From NCBI GenBank assembly GCA_002441005.1, contig DJWO01000002.1, forward strand, positions 70,784 through 134,783: a DNA stretch of 64,000 bases, in the 5' to 3' direction. Each line of letters opens with the position of its first letter. Positions within the stretch are counted from its first letter, which is position 1. The stretch is from Candidatus Aminicenantes bacterium UBA6228. Lineage in GTDB: Bacteria; Acidobacteriota; Aminicenantia; Aminicenantales; Saccharicenantaceae. The notes beneath the pieces are model-generated. The model was not told the origin of the DNA. It searched no databases and saw nothing but the letters and a program-made list of their open reading frames with translations. Shown piece after piece: positions 50,154 through 58,593 of the stretch. The position numbers and the translations under genes were made by a program.

Positions 50154-50696
50154 CTACAACATTCTTTCTATTTCTTTAAGTACATTCTCAAAATGACAGA
50201 TATCATCTGCATCTCTCTGGGTTGAAACTTTTTTTCTCAGATAATCAATCCTTCTCTTTAAATCTGATAAAGATAAGCTCCTGGTCCTTATGGTTTCAAC
50301 TAACAGTTCCGGAGTCCTTTTTAATCTGTGTTCGGTTATTATTCTTCTCACTTCTCTCATAAAAGCCCTGTTATTCTCGTCTGATAATATGTAACAGTTA
50401 TGATAACGGGCATAAGCAAGCGAAGCTGCTTCCCCGATATCTAATGTTGTTGTCAGTTCAGAAAATAATTTTAGTTCTTCAATATCATTCAGAGACACCC
50501 TCCAGATTAGCCGGGCATTTATTATCTTCTGGAGGACATTTCTTTGCTTGTCCCATTTAATTTCGCTGGTAACCTCTTCAGTTATCAAAAAGACATAGCC
50601 GGATGCCTTAGGCACGACAGGCAGGACATCTAATTTGATCAAATCTATGACCGAATTCGCATCCATTACTATTGCGCCTCTTCCGCCTCCGGCCAA
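50154..50696 (-). CDS. DUF4411-like PIN-domain protein
   Basis: The probable true start is MDANSVIDL… with a PIN-like acidic-residue pattern. Transcribed immediately after the HTH-ImmA gene. Confidence 0.5.
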   Translation of the reverse strand: MAGGGRGAIVMDANSVIDLIKLDVLPVVPKASGYVFLITEEVTSEIKWDKQRNVLQKIINARLIWRVSLNDIEELKLFSELTTTLDIGEAASLAYARYHNCYILSDENNRAFMREVRRIITEHRLKRTPELLVETIRTRSLSLSDLKRRIDYLRKKVSTQRDADDICHFENVLKEIERML

Positions 50697-50713
50697 CTCT
50701 GCCTCCCACCTAT

Positions 50714-51970
50714 TTAAGTGGTGCGTCTGGCTTCAGAAATTGCACAAATGTCTTCATTTTGTAAGCCAGCCAGCTCGAGCAATTCAATCAGCTTATTCCT
50801 GCTGATGAGCCCTCCCCTTGCTGCTTCGACTGCCAGATAGAAAAGATGCTCGGTGGCGTTTTGGAAAATACCCCCTTTCTCACTATCCTTATCGGGGTCT
50901 TTCTTTCTCAGAATATCCTTAATTGCCTTACCGGCCGGGCTACTATCCTGCTCTAAAAGTAAATCCTTCTCTTTTCCACTTATAAGATTAAGGTTAAAGA
51001 GCCTCCAGATAGAAGCTTCGACGCTTACCCCAAAATATCTGGCCATTCGTACCACATGCGGATAGTTAATCGTGGATGACCTCGATTGTTTGGCCACAGC
51101 CTGCCTGGCTTCGTAGCTTACAACTTTATCTTTGACCATCAATGGCACCTGAATCCTTGACGGCATGGCCTTGCCGCACCTCTTCAAGAACTCTCTTACA
51201 GCGTTTTCTGGTATAAGAAAACAGGCAGCAAAAACATCTGCTCTTACTTCTCGAAGATCTTTCTTGCCTTCTTCCCGGGAAACTATGGCCGGCAAATCGT
51301 TCAGATCACAGAGTGCATGGCAGTATTCATGAATTACGGAATATCTCTGGCGAACAGGAGGTTCGGTACTATTAATTGCACAGACTGTAGCCTCCCCGGA
51401 GCGAAAAGTGAAACCGGAAAGCCCTGCCGGCAATTGCATCTCGAGGGTTAAAATCCCCTGGGTATCAAGCAAAGAAGCCGGATCGCCTACCGGAGCAACT
51501 CCCAGGCCGAGCCTGTTTCTTTCCTGAGCAGCAATCTCTTGTCCCTGCTCAACGGCATCCCACCTGGTGCGCATTTTTCGGTCGTATGCACAAAGAGGTC
51601 CAGAACTAAGGCGGTTAACGCCCAATTTATTTTCAAGGTCAAAGATAGCATTGATGATTTCCAGCCCTCTGTTCATGCCTTCCTGTATTTGATGGTCAGA
51701 ACAAACCTCCGGAACTGCCCTTAAAATGTAAGAGAGCCCCTCAGCCTCAAAGGCCTCTTCAAAAAAGCTGTGAATTGGACGCCCGTATAAGTGGGCTAAA
51801 GCCGCCAGCTCCAGACTTGAAACCTTTCTCTTGCCTGCTTCGATCTGGGCAATTACGGGCCGAACCAGGCCCAGGGCGCTTGCCACCTGTTCTTGAGTAA
51901 ATCGAGCTTTTTCCCTGGCTTCCTTTAGCCTTCGGGCCAGTTCTTCCTGGGTTATGGTCATTTTTGCCAC
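50714..51970 (-). CDS. HTH-XRE + ImmA/IrrE metallopeptidase fusion regulator
   Basis: N-terminal XRE HTH (FTQEQVASALGL) and a HEXXH zinc-peptidase motif (VIHEYCHAL) with a downstream Glu. Confidence 0.8.
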   Translation of the reverse strand: MAKMTITQEELARRLKEAREKARFTQEQVASALGLVRPVIAQIEAGKRKVSSLELAALAHLYGRPIHSFFEEAFEAEGLSYILRAVPEVCSDHQIQEGMNRGLEIINAIFDLENKLGVNRLSSGPLCAYDRKMRTRWDAVEQGQEIAAQERNRLGLGVAPVGDPASLLDTQGILTLEMQLPAGLSGFTFRSGEATVCAINSTEPPVRQRYSVIHEYCHALCDLNDLPAIVSREEGKKDLREVRADVFAACFLIPENAVREFLKRCGKAMPSRIQVPLMVKDKVVSYEARQAVAKQSRSSTINYPHVVRMARYFGVSVEASIWRLFNLNLISGKEKDLLLEQDSSPAGKAIKDILRKKDPDKDSEKGGIFQNATEHLFYLAVEAARGGLISRNKLIELLELAGLQNEDICAISEARRTT

Positions 51971-52253
51971 CTTAAATTAAGTAATTAAGCTAACAAGCTT
52001 CAGCCAGAGGCGATATTATCATTAATCATTAACTGAGCTCCCTTCGGATTGGGGTTCCGCCTCCTCCCTTTTAAAATATAGAAACTATTACATCATTTGT
52101 CAAGATATGGCTATTTATGTAATTAAATACTACGCCAACTAAAAGAAAGTCAGCTACATTTGGCGCGGCCTGAATCGGGCCAATTCAGCAGGAATAAGAT
52201 CCAACAAGATTAAGTTATATAATTTTTATCCGCCAGCCCCTTCGCCGCCAGAC

Positions 52254-52289
52254 AAAAAAATAGGAAATATAGAATGTGTCCCCATTTTT
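52254..52289 (+). repeat. GTGTCCCC-box repeat (F orientation)
   Basis: AAAAAAATAGGAAATATAGAATGTGTCCCCATTTTT. Confidence 0.85.
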
Positions 52290-52309
52290 GCCCTGATTTC
52301 TTGCCGATT

Positions 52310-52786
52310 TCACTTTTTAATTATGCCAAGCTCAGCTAAAAAAACCGCCAGATCTATCTCAACAAGGTTTTTAGCCTCGTCTGGAGGAAAATAATCAGAA
52401 GCAAGCCCATCAAGCCATTGAGGGCTCTTTCTTGATCCAATCCTGCAAAGAGTGAGATAACGTGCGGTCTCAGAAGCATCTCGTAGCTTCCTAAATTTTT
52501 TAAAAGCTTCTTCGCTAAGGTGATTATGGATTAATTTTTCCCGCCAGGCATGAGGAGACGTATTAAATTTGCCATCTCTACCGACGGGTATGCTTGTCTC
52601 TGTATGCTTCTCTCTCTTATCATATAGCCAGCACTCAAAATAATGAATCGCAGAATAAAATGAGGCAGTGATACCCCAATCATGGTACGGAGGTTCGTTT
52701 ACTAGTTTTTTTGCTAATTTTTTATTGTGTTCAGCTTGAGAAAGATGCACATGACGATCGGCCATGTTTATCTCGCAAAAATGCAC
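52310..52786 (-). CDS. Hypothetical protein with a HEPN-like Rx4-6H motif (REKLIH); third gene of a three-gene operon
   Basis: 158 aa in an AT-rich region. The Rx4H motif was seen by eye; I recognise no other family signature. Confidence 0.45.
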   Translation of the reverse strand: MHFCEINMADRHVHLSQAEHNKKLAKKLVNEPPYHDWGITASFYSAIHYFECWLYDKREKHTETSIPVGRDGKFNTSPHAWREKLIHNHLSEEAFKKFRKLRDASETARYLTLCRIGSRKSPQWLDGLASDYFPPDEAKNLVEIDLAVFLAELGIIKK

Positions 52787-53382
52787 TGCGCCTGGGGATG
52801 AATAAAATCTGTCTTGTCTGAAATAAATACCGGAGGATAAAAGAACTCAAAAATCAAAGAAGAATATATTTTTCTTATTTCATATTCAATATCTAAAAGC
52901 TGGTCCATTAAACTACCATCATACCGATCTGAAGTAATTAGAATATAAACCTGAATTTCTTCTCTAAATTTTTGAGCGTAAATAGATTTAACTTTTCTAA
53001 TCTTGGCATAATTCGCGGCAATTCTGAGAAGGGCAGCTTGCTCTAAATCTTCCTTCTCTAATTCCATAATATATGACATTAAACCAAGAATTGCCTCCAG
53101 ATTATCATAATAACTTCTAATCTCTTTTGTCCTAGTCTTAGATAGGGGGAAAATCGATGAGGCTATAAACACGCCAGGGTCTGTATAATCGCTCCTCGCC
53201 ACGATTTTCTCAAGCAGTCTCTCGAATTCTCTAAAAACGAATTCACGAAGGCTATATCTATATTCTTTATCTCGCCAGGGTATTGCATAGCTTTTTGTTT
53301 CCCCACCCGGGCAAAGAGTATTATAACTATTCCCTGGCCAAATTAAATCTGTTCCTGTATAAACAGTTTGTGCTGTATCCAA
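52768..53382 (-). CDS. Hypothetical protein (204 aa), second gene of the operon
   Basis: Long ORF in AT-rich DNA that overlaps its neighbours in an operon-like arrangement; no recognisable motif. Confidence 0.5.
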   Translation of the reverse strand: MDTAQTVYTGTDLIWPGNSYNTLCPGGETKSYAIPWRDKEYRYSLREFVFREFERLLEKIVARSDYTDPGVFIASSIFPLSKTRTKEIRSYYDNLEAILGLMSYIMELEKEDLEQAALLRIAANYAKIRKVKSIYAQKFREEIQVYILITSDRYDGSLMDQLLDIEYEIRKIYSSLIFEFFYPPVFISDKTDFIHPQAQCIFAR

Positions 53383-53384
53383 AG

Positions 53385-54092
53385 TTACTCTCCTAATAAA
53401 CTTAAATGCGACTCTAAAGTGCTTTTCATAATCCTAACGCTCTCTTCTAAAAAGGCCTGGATTGATTCTTTTTTAAAATCATAAGTATTTTCAGCTAAAG
53501 TATTTATGTCTAAAAGAAATGAGATTAATCTATCTTCATGAGGAAGAGATATATCATGGGCAGATCTAATCCGTGTCCACTTATTTGCCTCAAAATCAGA
53601 TAATGTTTCCCTATTCAAGCAATGGATCTCCAATTCACGAGGCCTGGCTATCGGCGCTTCTTTATTGATATATTTAGACAGAAGATGCTCTGCAGAAGAG
53701 CCGCTGTCTAACTCTATAACCCAATGAGTCACAATCGCCAGTCTCGTAACCTTAGCATTTAGCTCATTTTTTAGATATTGAAACAACGATAAAAAGTTTT
53801 CAAAAAGTTCTTCGAAGGAAGAAACATTACTGAATTCATCCTTTTTATATCTTAATATAAGATCAACTCTGTTTTTTGATATAGACAAATTGTATGTCTT
53901 ATCTTTTGAGCTCATTTGAATTCTTGGGATTTCAACAGGAGCATCGTCTGGTATAGGCAAGATTACAGGTTCACCATCCAGAACATTTAGGTATTTCTCC
54001 CTTATTGTAACTCCTGCCTTTAGCACATCAAAAATAACGATCCCCGGACTAAACAGTACTAGTTGAATGCTATCTACCCTTGTATTCATCAT
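53385..54092 (-). CDS. Hypothetical protein (235 aa), first gene of the operon
   Basis: Long ORF 2 bp upstream of the next gene; no recognisable motif. Confidence 0.5.
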   Translation of the reverse strand: MMNTRVDSIQLVLFSPGIVIFDVLKAGVTIREKYLNVLDGEPVILPIPDDAPVEIPRIQMSSKDKTYNLSISKNRVDLILRYKKDEFSNVSSFEELFENFLSLFQYLKNELNAKVTRLAIVTHWVIELDSGSSAEHLLSKYINKEAPIARPRELEIHCLNRETLSDFEANKWTRIRSAHDISLPHEDRLISFLLDINTLAENTYDFKKESIQAFLEESVRIMKSTLESHLSLLGE

Positions 54093-54465
54093 AAACTCCT
54101 GTTTTTATTATCATATACTCTACTTAAAAAATCAAAAAAGCAGATCATTTAGGAACCCGCTTAATGATAAGGCTACCCTCTTCTTAAATACGCATTCTGT
54201 CAAAGCCATCACTTCCCTTTTATTTTATAAGTATAACATATTGTTCTTCATTTTTAATAATTCTATTTTAATTTTAAGATAGTGTTTCCAAGCCATAAAG
54301 TTTGTCTCGCCCTGGGCATTAAGAATAAATAGCCCCGCCCAATTCTCCCGGCTCGACCAAAATATGGTTGATTTTCCCATAGACATGAAGCTTAACTAGG
54401 CAGTCATCCCTCAAGAAAAAGAAAGGTTGGTTGTGTCGCCTCTTACCATCTGTAAAAAAATTCAT

Positions 54466-54501
54466 TTGACAAAACGTTATGTGTGGTATATTCTTACCAC
54501 A
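54466..54501 (+). promoter_or_regulatory. Sigma-70-type promoter (TTGACA, -10 TATATT/TATTCT) with an overlapping inverted repeat TGTGGTA-tattct-TACCACA (candidate XRE operator)
   Basis: Read directly; lies 20-50 nt upstream of the HTH-XRE gene ATG at 54520. Confidence 0.45.
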
Positions 54502-54519
54502 TAAAGGAGAGAAAAGGAA

Positions 54520-54879
54520 ATGGTTGCCTTTGGTGAATTTATCAGGGAGCTCAGGTTAAAGGCGGGGCTGACGCTACGTCATTTTTGTCAGCTGACCGGC
54601 TTCGACCCGAGCAACTGGAGCAAAATTGAGCGGGGGCTATTATCGCCCCCAAAAAGCAAGGCAGTGCTGATAGAAATCGCGCGTGTCCTTAACCTGACCG
54701 AAGAATCTGAAGACTACAAGACCTTATTTGATCTGGCCGCCATCGGTCAGATCCCTGTAGATTTGGTTTCCACCCCCCAGGTGATGGAAAAGCTGCCAGT
54801 TTTCTTTAGAACGATAAGAGGCGAAAAGCCGACTCGCCAGGAACTTGAAGATTTGATTAAAATTCTCGGTGAAGAATAA
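54520..54879 (+). CDS. XRE-family HTH transcriptional regulator
   Basis: HTH (LTLRHFCQLTGFDPSNWSKIERG). Confidence 0.75.
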   Translation: MVAFGEFIRELRLKAGLTLRHFCQLTGFDPSNWSKIERGLLSPPKSKAVLIEIARVLNLTEESEDYKTLFDLAAIGQIPVDLVSTPQVMEKLPVFFRTIRGEKPTRQELEDLIKILGEE

Positions 54880-55512
54880 ATGTCCGCTTCCAAAAGACCC
54901 CCGGCCACCATTACTCCGCCCTGGCTAAGCTTTGACTATATAAGACAGCAAGCAGACAACTTCAGACAACAATACGTAAAACCTCCAGACCTTGTGCCTG
55001 TCCCCATGGAGGATGTAGTCGAGCTCGATTTGAAGTTTCAAATAATCCCAATAATTGGCTTACAGGACAGAATAGACGTCGATGGTTTTTTAACTAATAA
55101 TTTAAAAGCTATCTGTGTTGATTATAATGTATATACGGATGAACGCTGGTCGTCGCGCTTGCGATTCACGCTGGCTCACGAAGTCGGTCATCTTGTCCTG
55201 CATAAAGAACAAATACAACAATGCAGATTTAGAACCCCCGAAGATTGGATCCATTTCAGAGAAGACTTCACTGAAGATGATTTAAATTGGTTCGAAGCCC
55301 AAGCTTATGAATTTGCCGGAAGACTCCTCGTCCCAAAAGAAGAACTGGAACAGCAAATAAGATCACGTAGTGATGAGATAAGAACTTTTAAGGAACGTTT
55401 TCCGGACAGTCCTGATCTTAACGAGGCTATTTCGCGGGTCATTTGCGGCCATTTCGGTGTCTCAGATCAGGTAATTTGTAGAAGGATTGCAAAAGAGAAA
55501 ATCCGCTTATGA
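54880..55512 (+). CDS. ImmA/IrrE-family metallo-endopeptidase
   Basis: HEXXH motif (AHEVGHLVLH); start abuts the stop of the HTH gene. Confidence 0.75.
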   Translation: MSASKRPPATITPPWLSFDYIRQQADNFRQQYVKPPDLVPVPMEDVVELDLKFQIIPIIGLQDRIDVDGFLTNNLKAICVDYNVYTDERWSSRLRFTLAHEVGHLVLHKEQIQQCRFRTPEDWIHFREDFTEDDLNWFEAQAYEFAGRLLVPKEELEQQIRSRSDEIRTFKERFPDSPDLNEAISRVICGHFGVSDQVICRRIAKEKIRL

Positions 55513-55572
55513 TGATCTAAGGCCGCGGCTGTTGAGCTAATTCAATCTTACAAGTGAAAGAGAGGTAAGGGA

Positions 55573-56073
55573 ATGGCAGTTGAAATTATTAAAGCAGTGG
55601 GCGCATTTATCATAAGCCCTATAATATTCCTTTATGTTTCATTAAAAATAGCAAAATTTCATTTTGAAAAAGACATGAGAAAGCAATATCTCATTGCAAA
55701 GGATAAAACAGCCAACGAAATGCTGACTTCTATGACTGAAATGTTATTAGCCATGTGGGATGTTTATAATGCGACCAAGATGGACACGGATGATAAAAGA
55801 ATAAAGGATTTATCTTGTGAGAACGCCAGGGGTAGGTTCTGGTTTCACCTGAGACAGACTTATCTTCAACTGGCTCGGATGGGTCTATATCATGGGACTG
55901 AAATTGTTGAAGACATTGCCAAGCTACAAGACGAGTGGTCCGATAAAATAAATAATAATGATTTCAAGTTTTTAGATACATGGGAAGAATATCGGGTAAA
56001 CACGGTATTTCTTCTGCTGGAAAAACTTCACACAGAACTAAAGGACACTGTTTTCGGCAAAAAGCCCCTTTGA
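55573..56073 (+). CDS. Hypothetical membrane-anchored protein (166 aa)
   Basis: N-terminal TM segment and an AT-rich context. Confidence 0.4.
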   Translation: MAVEIIKAVGAFIISPIIFLYVSLKIAKFHFEKDMRKQYLIAKDKTANEMLTSMTEMLLAMWDVYNATKMDTDDKRIKDLSCENARGRFWFHLRQTYLQLARMGLYHGTEIVEDIAKLQDEWSDKINNNDFKFLDTWEEYRVNTVFLLLEKLHTELKDTVFGKKPL

Positions 56074-56159
56074 TTAAATTCTTGTACAAAATAGATGATA
56101 GCACTGTAGATATAGCGTTTTATGTCCAGACTTAAACCTCCCAGCATAATCCGATGATT

Positions 56160-56340
56160 TCGGCCACTGAATCCAGTCGAAATCCAATCGTGGCCGGCCG
56201 CCTTTCGGAGCGTAGCAACGCCGGGCCTAATTTTTTTATCCCAGCTGGCCAAGTTCCCGTCGAAATATCCACCTGAATTCAATTGGAATTGACGGCCGGA
56301 TTCCATTGGAATGGGTGGCCGGCTTCCCGTCGGGATACGC
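56160..56340. repeat. Iteron-like array of ~26-bp imperfect direct repeats (GGCCGGC-TTCCCGTCGRRAYAYCC)
   Basis: At least five units with variable 10-25-bp spacers; two more units lie at 56657-56706. Confidence 0.6.
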
Positions 56341-56363
56341 ATGGCTTTGTTAATCATTCCTAA

Positions 56364-56585
56364 CTGTTAATAGGCGCCTAGTATTACAATGTAGATCTGC
56401 ACACAGTTTTACGAGGCCGGCGGTAGTGGCTGGTAGGAGGGGGAGAGTCACATTTTACTTGGGCTCCGCACTGGAAGATACCAGGTGCCGAGAACCATTG
56501 AGAAGATCAGACGAAACCGATAGGCGGGCAACATTTTGAAGATTAAGGGATTCGGGCGGTTAATTTTAAATTGGTAAAGGACGGG
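56364..56585 (+). repeat. Conserved ~200-nt module (copy A) shared with 58335-58560; candidate structured ncRNA or recombination site
   Basis: A 75-nt block, TACTTGGGCTCCGCACTGGAAGATACCAGGTGCCGAGAACCATTGAG[A/G]AGATCAGACGAAACCGATAGGCGGG, is shared with a single A/G difference; the flanks are about 80% identical. Confidence 0.75.
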
Positions 56586-56735
56586 TTCCTTATCGCATCA
56601 CAGGCGAAAAAAGGAGGATATCTGGTGTGCCCCTTTTTTGGCCACCTATTCCAACTATCACCACGAAATTGGCCGCCTTCCAGTCGAAACACCCGGCCGG
56701 CTTGCATCGGAATACCGGAATACAGAAGCCACCAG

Positions 56736-56873
56736 AGAAAAAAGGAAATATAGACTGTGTCTCCCTTTTCAATCGATAAAAGGGAATAAATAGGGCCTAT
56801 TGATTTTCCTGGCTGATGCGTTTATGGCCCGTGCCCGAAAAAAATAGTGAATATCTAGGGTGTCCCGATTTTT
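56736..56873 (+). repeat. Pair of GTGTCCCC-box repeats (variant + canonical F) forming the right end of the composite element that starts near 56364
   Basis: AGAAAAAAGGAAATATAGACTGTGTCTCCCTTTTC … GAAAAAAATAGTGAATATCTAGGGTGTCCCGATTTTT. Confidence 0.8.
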
Positions 56874-56956
56874 CTGGGAGCAATGTCCCGAAAGGCGAGG
56901 GCATCAGCCCGAAGCCTATATGCTGTGTTATGCGCTGGTGCCGAGCATGTATTTCA

Positions 56957-57640
56957 TTAATGAGCATTCTTTTTACTCTCCATTAAGAACTCTTTAATGT
57001 CATTAATAAATTCATTGAGTTTCCCCTCTTTAGACAGATTATACACTCTTAGCCCAGTTCTTTGACTACTGATTAAAGATACAGGTGGCACGCTTAAACT
57101 CATACAAAGGCTATACCCCAATACGCTGGGATACCTATTTCTTATGTTATCCAAGATAGCTCTATCTTCGTCAAGCCAGTTTGTGCTTTGCCAAATCTTG
57201 CAACTTATGATTATTAGAGGATGGATCAAATTATTTTCTCGCTTACCTATAGCCAGGTCTACGGCTTTGTATTTTGGATATTTTTTAAATCCTCTATTTT
57301 CAAACATATAAAATTCTTCTGTTAAAATCTTTGCATTCCAGAATAGTTCGACTGCCTTTTCAGCTTCGCTTTCCTTGATTGCTTTTTTCAATATGTCAAA
57401 ACAAAACTCCTCAAAGGCAATTCCTCTAAAATTGTTGTAAGTGTTTTCACCCAACTTAGGTTTAATGTTGCCCTTTTCTTCCCAAGTGATCTTTAGGAAG
57501 TGTGATAACGATTTAATATCAAGTTTCTTTTTCCATTTTTTATAAAAAATGAGAAGTTCATTATATCTGCTATAGCCTTTATCTTTAAGTTCCTGCAAAT
57601 AGTCGGTAGTTTTCTTGATCCTTCCCATATTATTCACCAA
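56957..57640 (-). CDS. Hypothetical protein, possibly a PD-(D/E)xK-like nuclease
   Basis: 227 aa in AT-rich DNA. The pattern AVDLAIGKRENN…IIISCKIW resembles a D…(E)xK motif; weak support. Confidence 0.4.
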   Translation of the reverse strand: MVNNMGRIKKTTDYLQELKDKGYSRYNELLIFYKKWKKKLDIKSLSHFLKITWEEKGNIKPKLGENTYNNFRGIAFEEFCFDILKKAIKESEAEKAVELFWNAKILTEEFYMFENRGFKKYPKYKAVDLAIGKRENNLIHPLIIISCKIWQSTNWLDEDRAILDNIRNRYPSVLGYSLCMSLSVPPVSLISSQRTGLRVYNLSKEGKLNEFINDIKEFLMESKKNAH

Positions 57641-57776
57641 TAGTTAGCGTGGCATTTGCCTATAACTTAAAATAACCGAACTACTTCATTTATGCTCCCG
57701 GACCGACACATTTTGTGAAGTATTTCGTTTAGGCAAGATTCTAAGTGAAATCTCGAATTGTAACCTTTTCTTGTTA

Positions 57777-58337
57777 TCATTTCTTTCCAAAATCCAAAGA
57801 GCTTTTAATCCGTCCGATATCCTGCTGGCTGACGGGAGTACAAATTTCTGTAGTTTTCGAGTTTTTATGTCCAGGTAACTTTTGAACATACCATAAATCT
57901 GTAGTACCTTCTAAAAGATGAGTAGCAAAACTATGTCGCAAGGTGTAGACAGTAACATTTTTAGCAATACCCGCTTTTTGGCTGACAGCTTCCAGAGTCT
58001 TCTCAACTGTTCTTGCTGTTAAATGGCTATTTGGTTCTGATCCTATGAAAAGCCAGTTTTTAGGCTGATAGGCCTTCCAGTATTCTCGTAACACTCTTAG
58101 AGCAACTTCTGAAAGAACTTTATATCTTTCCTTTCGACCTTTTGCCGCCTTTATATAAATCATATTGCGTTTCGTATCAATATGTTCTGTAATTAATTTT
58201 ATCACCTCACTCACCGTTAATCCAGCAGAATATACCAGCATAAGAATTGCTTTATGCTTGATATTATTTACAGACTCAAATATGCCTATGACATCTTCAC
58301 GACTAAGAATAATGGAGAATTTTTTCTTGGTCAGCTG
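57777..58337 (-). pseudogene. 5'-truncated, catalytically degenerate tyrosine recombinase (phage-integrase family) remnant
   Basis: C-terminal catalytic-domain motifs are present (LMLVYSAGLTVSE, TLRHSFATHLL, GHKNSKTTEICTPV), but Arg-I is replaced by Thr, His-II by Tyr and the catalytic Tyr by Cys. The frame opens just after a TGA at 58338-58340 with no upstream start codon and no N-terminal core-binding domain. Confidence 0.7.
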
Positions 58338-58560
58338 TCAATAGGCGTATAGTATTGCGAGGTAGATCGGCACATAGTTTCACGAGGCCGAAGACACTGG
58401 TGGGGAGGATGGTGAGAGTCACATTTTACTTGGGCTCCGCACTGGAAGATACCAGGTGCCGAGAACCATTGAGGAGATCAGACGAAACCGATAGGCGGGG
58501 ATATTATTGCCGGAAAGGGATTCGGTTGGTTAATTTTAAAGTTGGTTAATTTTAAATTGA
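58335..58560 (+). repeat. Conserved ~200-nt module (copy B), abutting the recombinase truncation point
   Basis: See copy A; begins CTGTCAATAGGCG…. Confidence 0.75.
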
Positions 58561-58593
58561 AAAGTGGCAGGTTCTGCTATCGCTTCACGCGGA

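Noticed and set aside
56160-56720. CRISPR array
   Set aside because: Units are about 26 bp and poorly conserved, spacers are only 10-25 bp and irregular, and there are no cas genes nearby. It is better described as an iteron-like array.
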